64,000 nucleotides of DNA, taken from assembly GCA_002328025.1 (NCBI GenBank), contig DCVE01000014.1, forward strand, positions 69,882 through 133,881. The letters run 5' to 3'. Shown here piece by piece: positions 9,612 to 18,534 of the stretch. Within the stretch, counting starts at the first letter, position 1; every line of letters starts with the position of its first letter. Below the pieces are notes generated by a model, which was not told where the DNA came from, did no database searches, and saw only the letters and a program-made list of their open reading frames with translations. The translations under genes were made by a program, and so were the position numbers. This DNA comes from Patescibacteria group bacterium UBA2196 (GTDB lineage Bacteria; Patescibacteriota; Patescibacteriia; UBA2196).

Positions 9612-10385
9612 ATGGAAGAACAAAATTTAAGTTGCTGTGTTGAGTGGAAAAAACCAAAATTTATTCTTATGCTGGTTGGTATTTTGGTTTTAGGTGGGGT
9701 GATCATCGTTTCCATTCTACGCGATCGCATTGTCAATCAAAACATGAACCAAATTACCATTATAGGTCAGGCCAAGGTGGCTTACCAGCCTGATATTGCC
9801 ATGGTTAATTTGGGCGTGCAAATTGATAAGGCAGACAAGGCCGAAAACGCATTGTCGCAATTGAATGAGAAAGTTACCAAAATTATTACTGCCATCAAAG
9901 CAGTTGGTGTTGCCGAAGTCGATATCCAAACGCAAAATTATTCGCTCTATCCGCAGTATGATTATCAGGATAATGTTTCCCGGGTGTCGGGTTACAGTGC
10001 CAATCAACAATTGGTAATTAAGGTGCGTGGCATTGATAAAAATACGCAGCTAGTTAACAAGGTCATTGCCGATGCCAGTAAGGCCGGCGCCAATCAAATC
10101 AACGGCATAACTTTTGATGTTGCCAATGTGGATGATTTAAAACAGCAGGCTCGTTTAAAGGCCATTACTGATGCGCGTGTTAAAAGTGCAGATTTGGCCG
10201 CGGCTGCGGGCGTAACTTTAAAAGAAGTCGTTGGTTGGTATGAAAATATGTTGCAGGCTCCCACCAGTTATGATGCCGCTTATTATGGTGGTAAGGGCGG
10301 TGCCAGCGCTGGTGCCACGCCGCAAGTTACTGTGGGCAATCAGGAAATTATTGTAGAAATCGGGCTGAACTATAAAGTGCGGTAA
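9612..10385 (+). CDS. SIMPL-domain (DUF541/YggE-like) periplasmic/secreted protein
   Basis: N-terminal TM anchor then SIMPL-type segments (...ITIIGQAKVAYQPDIAMVNLGV...NGITFDVANVDDLKQQARLKAITDAR...). Confidence 0.6.
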   Translation: MEEQNLSCCVEWKKPKFILMLVGILVLGGVIIVSILRDRIVNQNMNQITIIGQAKVAYQPDIAMVNLGVQIDKADKAENALSQLNEKVTKIITAIKAVGVAEVDIQTQNYSLYPQYDYQDNVSRVSGYSANQQLVIKVRGIDKNTQLVNKVIADASKAGANQINGITFDVANVDDLKQQARLKAITDARVKSADLAAAAGVTLKEVVGWYENMLQAPTSYDAAYYGGKGGASAGATPQVTVGNQEIIVEIGLNYKVR

Positions 10386-10418
10386 GTTTTAGAATCAAAA
10401 AAAATTAAATAATTTAAA

Positions 10419-10452
10419 TGACTTCAAATCTTTTTGAGGTCATTTTTGTTTT
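10419..10452 (+). terminator. rho-independent terminator after the SIMPL gene
   Basis: Stem tgacttcaa / ttgaggtca (9 bp incl. one G-U), 6-nt loop, then TTTTTGTTTTTG. Confidence 0.5.
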
Positions 10453-10480
10453 TGACTAATTTAAAATAAAAAAGTATAAT
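10452..10480 (+). promoter_or_regulatory. consensus sigma70-like promoter for valS
   Basis: TTGACT (10452-10457), 17-nt spacer, TATAAT (10475-10480), 14 nt before the valS ATG. No room for a T-box leader. Confidence 0.55.
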
Positions 10481-10494
10481 AAATTCATAAAATT

Positions 10495-12993
10495 ATGCTA
10501 AAAGAAGGACCATACAACCCACAAGACCATGAAGAAAAAATTTACCAACTTTGGGAGCAAGGTGGTTTTTTTACACCAAGCATTGATCAAGATAAAAAAT
10601 CTTATAGTATTGTTTTGCCGCCACCTAACGTGACTGGTACTTTGCATATTGGACACGCCTTGATGTTGGCCATTGAAGATATTTTAATTCGTTATCACCG
10701 CATGCAAGGTCTTAGAACTTTGTGGTTACCAGGCACAGATCACGCGGCCATTGCCACCCAAAGCAAAGTGGAAAAAAAGATTTATAAAGAAGAGGGTAAG
10801 TCTCGTTATGATTTAGGTCGCGAAGATTTTTTAAAAAGAGTAGAAAAGTTTGCCCAGGAAAGTCATGATACAATTGTGCAACAAACTAAAAGAATGGGCG
10901 CGTCTTTGGATTGGAGCCGAGAGGCTTATACTTTGGATGAAGCGCGCAACAGAGCGGTGAATATGGCTTTTAAAACCATGCATGATGATGGATTAATTTA
11001 TCAGGGCGACAGAGTAATTAATTGGGATCCTAAAGGACAGACTACAATTTCGGATGATGAAGTTGTGCATGTAGAAAGAGAAGCTGCGCTTTACACTTTT
11101 AAATATAGCTCAGATTTTCCTTTTGCTATTGCCACCACTCGTCCAGAAACAAAATTAGGTGATACAGCAGTGGCAGTGCACCCCAATGATGAAAGGTATA
11201 AAAAATTTATTGGCCAAGAATATGATTTAGAATTTTGCAAAGAAAAATTGCATATAAAAATTATTGCTGATGAATCTGTTGATCCAGAATTTGGTACAGG
11301 AGCTCTTGGGGTTACACCAGCTCATAGTCATATTGATTGGGAAATTGCCCAAAGACATAATTTATCTTTAAAACAAATAATTGATGAGAAGACACGGATA
11401 ATTTCTGTTAATGAAAATCTGCAGGGCAAAAAAGTTGAAGAAGCCAGATCCATTATTGTTGAGTGGTTAAAAGAAAATAATCTTTTAATAAAAGAAGAAC
11501 CAATAAAACAAAATGTGGCCACCGCTGAAAGAACAGGAGCTTTAGTTGAACCATTGCCCAAAAAGCAATGGTTTGTGGCCGTGAATAAAGAATTTGTGAT
11601 GAAAGAATCTAAATTAAAAAATATAAAAACCGGTGAAAAGGTGACTTTAAAAAAGTTAATGCGTTCGGTGGTGGAATCTAGTGAAATAAAAATAATGCCC
11701 GAGCAGTTTGAAAAAATATATTTTCACTGGATTGATAATTTGCGTGACTGGTGTATATCAAGGCAAATTTGGTATGGACACCGGGTACCGGTTTACTATA
11801 AAGATCAAGAAATTTGTGTTGGTGCAGAAGCGCCGGTGGGCGACGGTTGGGAACAAGACCCTGACACTTTGGATACTTGGTTTTCTTCTGGCCTATGGAC
11901 TTTTTCCACTTTGGGCTGGCCGATTAATGAAGTGCGTCATTTTCACGAATCATTGGTTGATTTAATTATTAAAGGTGAAAAAGTAAAAACATATCGCTTT
12001 GATGATGAAAGTTACTGTGTTGGTCAGGTTTGGCAATTAGAAAATTCTCAAACACAAGAAAAGTTTGGCTATGCCAAAATCACTAAAGTCAGCCAAGCTA
12101 GATTTGGAGATATTGGATATGGCGCTGAAGGACATGAAAAATACGCTTCCCAAGAAGATATGTATGAAACTTTTAAAAGATACTACCCTGAGAAAGAAAT
12201 TACGGCCGATTCACTCACCTGGATTTATGAATTTGAGTATCAACAAAAGTCTGATTTAGAAACTTTTCACCCCACTGATGTTTTGGAAACCGGTTATGAT
12301 ATTTTATTTTTCTGGGTGGCCAGGATGATTTTGATGACAACGTATTTATTGGGTGACATTCCTTTTAAAACAGTTTATTTGCATGGCTTAATTCGCGATG
12401 CGGAAAGACAAAAAATGAGTAAATCCAAAGACAATGCCGTGGACCCGCTTAGTGTAATTGATGAGCAGGGCGCGGATGCTTTGCGTATGGCCATGGTTTT
12501 TGGCACTGGTCAAGGCAATGATGTGGTTATGACACCAGATAAAATTGTGGCGCAGAAAAAATTTGCCAATAAAATTTGGAATGCCAGCAAGTTTATTTTA
12601 AACAATTTAGGCCAAGAATTTAAACCCGCAGTGGTGAACATTGATCTGTTTAAAAATAGTGATGATAAAGACATTTTAGAAAAATTAGCAGCCACCGTTA
12701 AACAAACTGCCATCAATCTTGATAATTTTATGTTTCATGAGGCAGCTCAGGATATTTATCAATTTTTCTGGCATGATTTGTGTGATGTTTATTTAGAGTC
12801 GGTCAAATCCAGATTGTATGACGAAGAAGGGGAGAGCCAAGAAAATGCGCGCCAAGTTTTATACCACGTTTTGTTAAACAGTTTAAAACTTTTGCATCCA
12901 TTTATGCCGTTTATAACAGAAGTGGTTTATCAAGAATTACCTTATAAAAATAAACAAAGCTTGATTATTGAAGATTGGCCAGTGAATGTATAA
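10495..12993 (+). CDS. valS: valyl-tRNA synthetase carrying an inserted ASCH-like domain
   Basis: PPPNVTGTLHIGHAL (ValRS-type HIGH) and KMSKSKDN. A ~110-aa insertion lies between the conserved ...WFSSGLWTFSTLGWP and FHPTDVLETGYDILFFWVARM blocks. Confidence 0.9.
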   Translation: MLKEGPYNPQDHEEKIYQLWEQGGFFTPSIDQDKKSYSIVLPPPNVTGTLHIGHALMLAIEDILIRYHRMQGLRTLWLPGTDHAAIATQSKVEKKIYKEEGKSRYDLGREDFLKRVEKFAQESHDTIVQQTKRMGASLDWSREAYTLDEARNRAVNMAFKTMHDDGLIYQGDRVINWDPKGQTTISDDEVVHVEREAALYTFKYSSDFPFAIATTRPETKLGDTAVAVHPNDERYKKFIGQEYDLEFCKEKLHIKIIADESVDPEFGTGALGVTPAHSHIDWEIAQRHNLSLKQIIDEKTRIISVNENLQGKKVEEARSIIVEWLKENNLLIKEEPIKQNVATAERTGALVEPLPKKQWFVAVNKEFVMKESKLKNIKTGEKVTLKKLMRSVVESSEIKIMPEQFEKIYFHWIDNLRDWCISRQIWYGHRVPVYYKDQEICVGAEAPVGDGWEQDPDTLDTWFSSGLWTFSTLGWPINEVRHFHESLVDLIIKGEKVKTYRFDDESYCVGQVWQLENSQTQEKFGYAKITKVSQARFGDIGYGAEGHEKYASQEDMYETFKRYYPEKEITADSLTWIYEFEYQQKSDLETFHPTDVLETGYDILFFWVARMILMTTYLLGDIPFKTVYLHGLIRDAERQKMSKSKDNAVDPLSVIDEQGADALRMAMVFGTGQGNDVVMTPDKIVAQKKFANKIWNASKFILNNLGQEFKPAVVNIDLFKNSDDKDILEKLAATVKQTAINLDNFMFHEAAQDIYQFFWHDLCDVYLESVKSRLYDEEGESQENARQVLYHVLLNSLKLLHPFMPFITEVVYQELPYKNKQSLIIEDWPVNV

Positions 12994-13036
12994 AAAATAA
13001 AAATCCCCGCCCTGAAATAAAACTCAGAAACGGGGA
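12991..13036 (-). terminator. possible terminator for the GC-island gene
   Basis: On the minus strand an imperfect hairpin ccccg[ttt]ctga...tcag[gg]cgggg is followed by TTTTTATTTTTT. Confidence 0.3.
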
Positions 13037-13054
13037 CAAAGCAGGAGCAAATCC

Positions 13055-13597
13055 TCAGCCCTTGCGTCCTGCAATGTTAAGGACGAGGTTTCTGCGCCGC
13101 GATCCCGGTGGCAGAAAAAACTCCAGTACCATCATGCAGAACTCCCAGATCCAGTATTTCTTCTGGTACTGGTCTGGGCTGGAAAAGGTAAAAGTGTACC
13201 AGCCGTCTTTGTTTTCGGCTTTCCACTTTCTCTTTAGACGCAAGACCAAATGTGGCTTTAACGCCACAACGGTTAATTTTTTGAAGCCTCTTTCGCGGCA
13301 TATGCGGTTGGCCTCCGCAATTTCGTCCGCCGAGTCACGGGCGGCCATGTCCGCCCCCACTATAATTTTCACGTCGTAGTCCAGATTCATCATCCGCAGG
13401 GCCTCTTTTTTGTATATTTGGGCCTCAGACCGTGTGTCAGACGGGACAGTCCGCCCCACGGTCATGATAAGCGGACAGTAGCATTTCGTCCGGGCTTTTT
13501 TAATGCCCCAACGAAGCACATCAAGGCCTCTTGCTGGGACAATTGAGTCCTTTGGGCAATAGGTGTGCACCATAACCGCCTCGGTTACTCTCTTCAT
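13055..13597 (-). CDS. DUF218 (YdcF/SanA/ElyC-like) domain protein encoded on a GC-rich island
   Basis: The blocks PLIMTVGRT..., SEAQIYKKEALRMMNLDYDVKII and GADMAARDSADEIAEANRI...LTVVALKPHLVLRLK follow the order of E. coli YdcF motifs. Canonical SD GGAGGAtcacATG. Local GC is much higher than the flanks. Confidence 0.45.
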   Translation of the reverse strand: MKRVTEAVMVHTYCPKDSIVPARGLDVLRWGIKKARTKCYCPLIMTVGRTVPSDTRSEAQIYKKEALRMMNLDYDVKIIVGADMAARDSADEIAEANRICRERGFKKLTVVALKPHLVLRLKRKWKAENKDGWYTFTFSSPDQYQKKYWIWEFCMMVLEFFLPPGSRRRNLVLNIAGRKG

Positions 13598-13747
13598 GTG
13601 ATCCTCCCGGGCTTTTTTGCCTGATTTTCAAAATTCAATGTTCACAATTTATAACGCGATTATAGCTTATTATTATTATTATGTCAATGTTTAATAGGTT
13701 TTTTTTGCTATAATTAGCTTAATTAATCTTTTAGCCTGAAAATATAA

Positions 13748-13774
13748 TTAGCACTCTTGACACGAGAGTGCTAA
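13748..13774 (+). promoter_or_regulatory. CIRCE operator (HrcA binding site) overlapping the hrcA promoter
   Basis: TTAGCACTC-ttgacacga-GAGTGCTAA is a perfect 9-N9-9 CIRCE inverted repeat. The spacer carries TTGACA (13757-13762) and TATAAT follows 18 nt later (13781-13786). Confidence 0.85.
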
Positions 13775-13881
13775 TTTTTGTATAATTAAAACAATAATCT
13801 AAATCTGTATATAAATGGTTCTAAAAATATAAACCTGGTATATAAAATTTAGTTATATTTATTGCTAATATTAGCCAAAAT

Positions 13882-14556
13882 ATGTTATCGCGGCAGGATG
13901 AATTATTAAAAAGTATTGTTGAAGAATATCTAAAAACCGCTCAACCTGTGGGGTCCAAATTAATTGTGGATAAGTATTTAACTGATTTTTCTTCAGCCAC
14001 AGTTAGAAATGATATGGTTGAATTGGAGGAATTGGGCTTAATCTGTCAGCCGCACACTTCAGCCGGCCGTATCCCAACCGCCGAGGGTTATAAAAAATTT
14101 GTGGAAAATTATGTTGATTTTAACCAAGCTTTAAACATCAAAGAACAAGAAAAAATATTTACTTTGCTTTCTGCTAAAGAAGGTGAAGATAAAATTAAAC
14201 TCTTGGCCAAAATTTTGGCGGAAAAATCGGGTTTAGCGGTTTTTGTGGGTTTTAGCGCCAGTGATGTTTATTACACGGGTTTATCAAACATTTTTTCACA
14301 AAGCGAATTTAAAGATTTAAATTTGATTTATCACATTTCAACAGTGGTGGATCACCTTGATGAAGTTCTGCAGAAAATTTATAATAATAAGGGCGCGCCA
14401 GTTGAAATAAAAATTGGACATGAAAATCCCTTTGCGCGCGATTGCTCAACGGTTTTTGCTAAAATAAAAAATATTTTATTAGGTATTGTGGGACCCATGC
14501 GTATGGATTATCAAAAAAATGTCGAACTAATTAATTTTACTAGAAATATAATATAA
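13882..14556 (+). CDS. hrcA: heat-inducible transcription repressor HrcA (short form)
   Basis: N-terminal wHTH LLKSIVEEYLKTAQPVGSKLIVDKY...SSATVRNDMVELEELGL. CIRCE upstream and grpE-dnaK-dnaJ downstream. Confidence 0.85.
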   Translation: MLSRQDELLKSIVEEYLKTAQPVGSKLIVDKYLTDFSSATVRNDMVELEELGLICQPHTSAGRIPTAEGYKKFVENYVDFNQALNIKEQEKIFTLLSAKEGEDKIKLLAKILAEKSGLAVFVGFSASDVYYTGLSNIFSQSEFKDLNLIYHISTVVDHLDEVLQKIYNNKGAPVEIKIGHENPFARDCSTVFAKIKNILLGIVGPMRMDYQKNVELINFTRNII

Positions 14557-14562
14557 TTTTTT

Positions 14563-15054
14563 ATGACGGATAATAAAAAAGAGGAACAAGAAAAAAAAAA
14601 TAAGATTGTTACAGATTTGAAATTACAGGCTGAAGAAAATTTAAATGGTTGGAAAAGAGCTCGCGCTGATTATGACAATCTAAAAAAAGAAACCCAAAAA
14701 GAAAGAGAAGAATTTGTTAAATTTGCCAATTTAAATTTAGTCATTGGCCTAATTCCGGTTTATGATAATTTAAAACTTTCTTTTCAGCACTTGCCAGAAG
14801 AATTAACTGACAATAGTTGGGTCAAAGGCATTTTGCACATTAAAAATCAATTTAAAGAAGTTTTAAATTTTAATGCTGTGGAAGAAATTATACCAAAAAT
14901 AGGTGACGATTTTAACCCAGAGTTGCACGAAGCGGTTGATAAGCAGGTAACTGAAATAACCGAAAAAAATAGCAATAAAATTAAAGAAATTTTAAGCGAT
15001 GGCTACAAGTTAAATGGTCGTGTTTTTAAACCAGCCCGAGTGATAGTAGAATAA
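14563..15054 (+). CDS. grpE: nucleotide exchange factor GrpE
   Basis: Coiled-coil N-terminus then the GrpE core (...RARADYDNLKK...GYKLNGRVFKPARV). Confidence 0.85.
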   Translation: MTDNKKEEQEKKNKIVTDLKLQAEENLNGWKRARADYDNLKKETQKEREEFVKFANLNLVIGLIPVYDNLKLSFQHLPEELTDNSWVKGILHIKNQFKEVLNFNAVEEIIPKIGDDFNPELHEAVDKQVTEITEKNSNKIKEILSDGYKLNGRVFKPARVIVE

Positions 15055-15155
15055 TTTTTAATTTTCAATTTCTAATTCTCAAACAATGTCTTAATTATTC
15101 AATTTTTAATGATTGAAACATTAAAAATTAAGTTATTGGAAATTATTTAGAAATT
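15055..15155. repeat. intergenic repeat, copy B (see copy A at 5002-5100)
   Basis: Same element as copy A in the same plus-strand orientation. Here it lies between grpE and hsp20. Confidence 0.55.
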
Positions 15156-15202
15156 AAAAATTAGAGATTTATAATTAATTAATCTCTCCGAGTGGTCACA
15201 TT

Positions 15203-15655
15203 ATGACATCGGTGAGGTTCAAAGAATATATATATATGTCACTAGTTAAATGGACACCAATTTTACCAGATTCATTTGAAGATATGAATCATTGGTTTGA
15301 CTGGCCAACCTCAAAAATGTCTCTTAATTACGCACCAGCTATTGATATTTGGCAAGATCAAGACAATATCTATGCTGAATGTCCTTTGGTTGGAATTAAT
15401 CCCGCAGATGTATCAATCTCAATTGAAAACGATGTTTTAACCATCGAAGGTCAAAGTGAGAAAAAAAGTGAAGTTGATGAAAGAAATTATTATCGCAAAG
15501 AAGTACGCTATGGTTCTTTTCACCGTGTGGTGTCTTTGCCGGCAGCGGTTAATAGTGAACAGGCCAAGGCCGAGTACGAAAATGGTGTGTTAAAAGTTTC
15601 TATTCCTAAGGAAGCCAAAGCTAAACCCAAGACAGTCAAGGTAGAAGTCAAATGA
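15203..15655 (+). CDS. Hsp20/alpha-crystallin family small heat-shock protein
   Basis: Alpha-crystallin domain PAIDIWQDQDNIY...LTIEGQ...YYRKEVRYGSFHRVVSLP...ENGVLKVSIPK. The true start may be the internal Met (MSLVKW, about 15236). Confidence 0.85.
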   Translation: MTSVRFKEYIYMSLVKWTPILPDSFEDMNHWFDWPTSKMSLNYAPAIDIWQDQDNIYAECPLVGINPADVSISIENDVLTIEGQSEKKSEVDERNYYRKEVRYGSFHRVVSLPAAVNSEQAKAEYENGVLKVSIPKEAKAKPKTVKVEVK

Positions 15656-15727
15656 TAAATTGAAAATAAAATATTTTAATTTTACCATCCCGCAGTGTGA
15701 TTATTTAGTGTGGCTGTGGGATGGTAA

Positions 15728-16075
15728 GTGCCTTTTATGTCTAAAAAAAATATTACTGAATATGCATTAAAGTTAATAAAAAACTGTCCAGCCTGTGGAG
15801 TAGATTATAAAATAGAAAACATTAACACAGTGGAAGAAAATGATGAAGATTTTTTGGTTTGTTTTTCCTGCTCGGCCTGTCAAAGCTCGCTTTTATCCCG
15901 AGTGATGACCATGCCTTTTGGGTTGGTTGGCTCAGCCATTTTGACCGATTTAAAAGCTGAAGAGATTAATAAGTTTAAAGACAGTGAGCCAGTTACAGCT
16001 AATGATGTTTTAAGCATATATGAAAGACTTGAGTTTGGACGCAAAAAAAATAATAATTACAAAATAAACAGTTAA
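15728..16075 (+). CDS. small zinc-ribbon protein of unknown function inside the heat-shock operon
   Basis: CPAC...CFSCSAC four-Cys ribbon. No family recognised. The start may be the MSKKN Met about 9 nt downstream. Confidence 0.35.
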   Translation: MPFMSKKNITEYALKLIKNCPACGVDYKIENINTVEENDEDFLVCFSCSACQSSLLSRVMTMPFGLVGSAILTDLKAEEINKFKDSEPVTANDVLSIYERLEFGRKKNNNYKINS

Positions 16076-16105
16076 TCATATAAATAATTAATTAAAAATA
16101 ACTTT

Positions 16106-18010
16106 ATGTCAAAAATTCTCGGTATTGATCTTGGCACCACTAATTCCTGTATGGCCATTATGGAAGGTGGCGCGCCAAAAATTTTAGAAAATAAAGAAGG
16201 CAATCGCACCACGCCTTCCATTGTGGCCATTAATAAAGCCAATGAAAGACTGGTTGGTTTGTTAGCTAAACGTCAAGCAGTGACTAATCCAACCAACACA
16301 TTATTTTCCATTAAACGTTTAATTGGCCGACGTTTTGAGGATGAAGAAGTGCAAAGAGATTTAAAAAACATGCCTTTTAAAATCAAACAAGCTGGGGCGG
16401 GTGTTAAAATTGAGATGAGCGGCAAAGACTATACTCCACAAGAGATCTCAGCTATGGTTTTAGGAAAACTAAAAGCTGATGCGGAAGAAAAGTTAGGTGA
16501 AAAAATTATTGAAGCAGTGATTACTGTGCCAGCCTATTTTGATGATGCCCAAAGACAAGCCACCAAAGAAGCTGGCGAAATTGCTGGTTTGACTGTCAAG
16601 AGAATTATTAATGAGCCGACAGCTGCGGCATTGGCTTATGGCTTTGATAAAAAGAAAGGTCAGCAAATCGCTGTCTATGATTTGGGTGGTGGAACTTTTG
16701 ATATTTCCATATTAGATATTTCCGCTGATACTGTAGAAGTTAAATCAACCAATGGCGACACGCATTTGGGTGGTGACGATTTTGACCAAAGAATTATGAC
16801 TTGGATTTTGGATGAATTTAAAAAACAAGAGGGCATTGATATTTCTAAAGATCCGATGGCTTTACAAAGAGTTAAAGAAGCAGCAGAAAAAGCCAAGATT
16901 GAGCTGTCCACTGCTGGTGATACTGAAATTAACCAACCATTTATTACTTCTGGTGCCGAAGGGCCAAAACATTTATTATTAAAAATGTCTCGCGCTAAAC
17001 TTGAAGAATTAGTCGGCGATTTGGTGCAGAGTACTTTAGAGCCAACAAAAAAAGCCTTGGCTGACGCAGGTTTGAAAGTTTCAGATATTGAAGAAGTGGT
17101 CATGGTTGGTGGAATGACTAGAATGCCTTTGGTCCAGCAAACAGTAGAAAAGTTTTTTGGCAAAAAACCCAACATGACTGTTAATCCTGATGAAGTGGTG
17201 GCAGCTGGCGCCGCTGTACAAGCCGGTGTTTTACAAGGCGATGTTAAGGACGTTTTACTTTTAGACGTGACGCCCTTAACTTTAGGTATTGAAACTTTGG
17301 GTGGCGTGGCTACACCCTTGATTGATAGAAATACCACCATTCCAACTTCAAAATCGCAAGTCTTTTCCACTGCTGCTGATAATCAACCTAGTGTTGAAAT
17401 TCATATTTTACAAGGTGAGCGTCCTATGGCCACGGATAATAAAACTTTGGGTAGATTTATTTTAGATGGTATTCCACCAGCTCCACGTGGCATTCCACAG
17501 GTGGAAGTTAGTTTTGATATTGATGCTAATGGTATTTTAAATGTCAAAGCTAAAGATAAAGCGACTGGTAAAGAACAAAAAATTACCATCACTGCTTCCA
17601 CTGGACTTTCAAAAGATGAAGTGGAAAGAATGAAAAAGGAAGCTGAGTCACACGCCGAAGAAGACAAAAAAAAGAAAGAACAGATTGAAATTAAAAATAT
17701 GGCGGAAACTCTTTACTACACCACAGAAAAAACACTAAAAGACAATGCAGATAAAATTGATACCAACATCAAAAAAGATGTGGAAGAAAAATTAGAAGTT
17801 TTAAAAAAAATCAAAGATACTGATGATGTAGAAGCAATTAAAAAAGCCACCGAAGAATTATCTACCTCTGCGCAAAAAATTGGGGAAGCCATGTATAAAG
17901 CTTCGCAAGCCGGCTCAAACCCAGAGGGTCAGCCAGCGGGTGATGAAGAACCCGCCTCCTCAGCTGATAAAAAGCCAGAAGAAGCTCAGTATGAAGAAGT
18001 TAAAAAATAA
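16106..18010 (+). CDS. dnaK: molecular chaperone DnaK (Hsp70)
   Basis: [19 protein letters not shown], the substrate-binding domain and a C-terminal ...EEVKK-type tail. Confidence 0.95.
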   Translation: MSKILGIDLGTTNSCMAIMEGGAPKILENKEGNRTTPSIVAINKANERLVGLLAKRQAVTNPTNTLFSIKRLIGRRFEDEEVQRDLKNMPFKIKQAGAGVKIEMSGKDYTPQEISAMVLGKLKADAEEKLGEKIIEAVITVPAYFDDAQRQATKEAGEIAGLTVKRIINEPTAAALAYGFDKKKGQQIAVYDLGGGTFDISILDISADTVEVKSTNGDTHLGGDDFDQRIMTWILDEFKKQEGIDISKDPMALQRVKEAAEKAKIELSTAGDTEINQPFITSGAEGPKHLLLKMSRAKLEELVGDLVQSTLEPTKKALADAGLKVSDIEEVVMVGGMTRMPLVQQTVEKFFGKKPNMTVNPDEVVAAGAAVQAGVLQGDVKDVLLLDVTPLTLGIETLGGVATPLIDRNTTIPTSKSQVFSTAADNQPSVEIHILQGERPMATDNKTLGRFILDGIPPAPRGIPQVEVSFDIDANGILNVKAKDKATGKEQKITITASTGLSKDEVERMKKEAESHAEEDKKKKEQIEIKNMAETLYYTTEKTLKDNADKIDTNIKKDVEEKLEVLKKIKDTDDVEAIKKATEELSTSAQKIGEAMYKASQAGSNPEGQPAGDEEPASSADKKPEEAQYEEVKK

Positions 18011-18028
18011 TTTATAATTTGAATTTTA

Positions 18029-18058
18029 GGGACAGGTTTTAAACCTGTCCTTATAATC
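18029..18058 (+). terminator. rho-independent terminator after dnaK
   Basis: ggacagg-ttttaaa-cctgtcc hairpin followed by ttataat. Confidence 0.55.
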
Positions 18059-18075
18059 ATAATAAAATAAAATTT

Positions 18076-18357
18076 ATGTCAAACCCAACCCCACAAGAAA
18101 TCAAAATTCAAGACAATTTTCCTGGTGGCGAATATGCCAATGCTATGCAAGTTTCTCATAACAAAGAGGAATTTATTTTAACGTTTTTAAATATTTTACC
18201 GCCCTCTGGCCGCGTGGCTGGAAAAATTATTACCAATCCAGGCCACATGAAAAGAATGGTCGCCGCTTTAAAAGAAAATTTAGAAAAATATGAAACGCAA
18301 TTTGGAAAAATTGAAGAAGCTCAAGCACCGGAAAAAGAGCTTGGATTTAAGGGATAG
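18076..18357 (+). CDS. DUF3467-like small protein
   Basis: 93 aa. GEYANAMQVSHNKEEFILTFLNI recalls the DUF3467 core (...YAN...SHS..EF.LDF). Recalled from memory only. Confidence 0.35.
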   Translation: MSNPTPQEIKIQDNFPGGEYANAMQVSHNKEEFILTFLNILPPSGRVAGKIITNPGHMKRMVAALKENLEKYETQFGKIEEAQAPEKELGFKG

Positions 18358-18534
18358 GTAAAATTTTAAAATCCAAATTTTAAATTTTAAAATAAATCCA
18401 AAATCAAAATTTTAAAATCCAAGACAATGATATGTAAATAAACGTAGATTAATTAGGTTGTCTTTAAATTTAAAATTGAATATTTAAAATTATTTTAAAA
18501 TTTGAGTTTTAAAATTTAAAATTAAAGCGTTTAT

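Noticed and set aside
10386-10494. Possible T-box leader upstream of valS
   Set aside because: The spacer is only ~110 nt. It is fully accounted for by the upstream gene's terminator and a consensus promoter 14 nt before the ATG. No T-box or specifier-loop sequence is present.
12975-13379. 134-aa plus-strand ORF inside the GC-rich island
   Set aside because: It is antisense to the motif-bearing DUF218-like gene and begins inside the valS stop region. GC-rich DNA generates long spurious ORFs. It has no motifs and no ribosome-binding site.
16675-17667. 231-aa and 88-aa minus-strand ORFs inside dnaK
   Set aside because: They are antisense to a highly conserved gene, Ser/Thr/Pro-rich and low-complexity. 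These are typical shadow ORFs.
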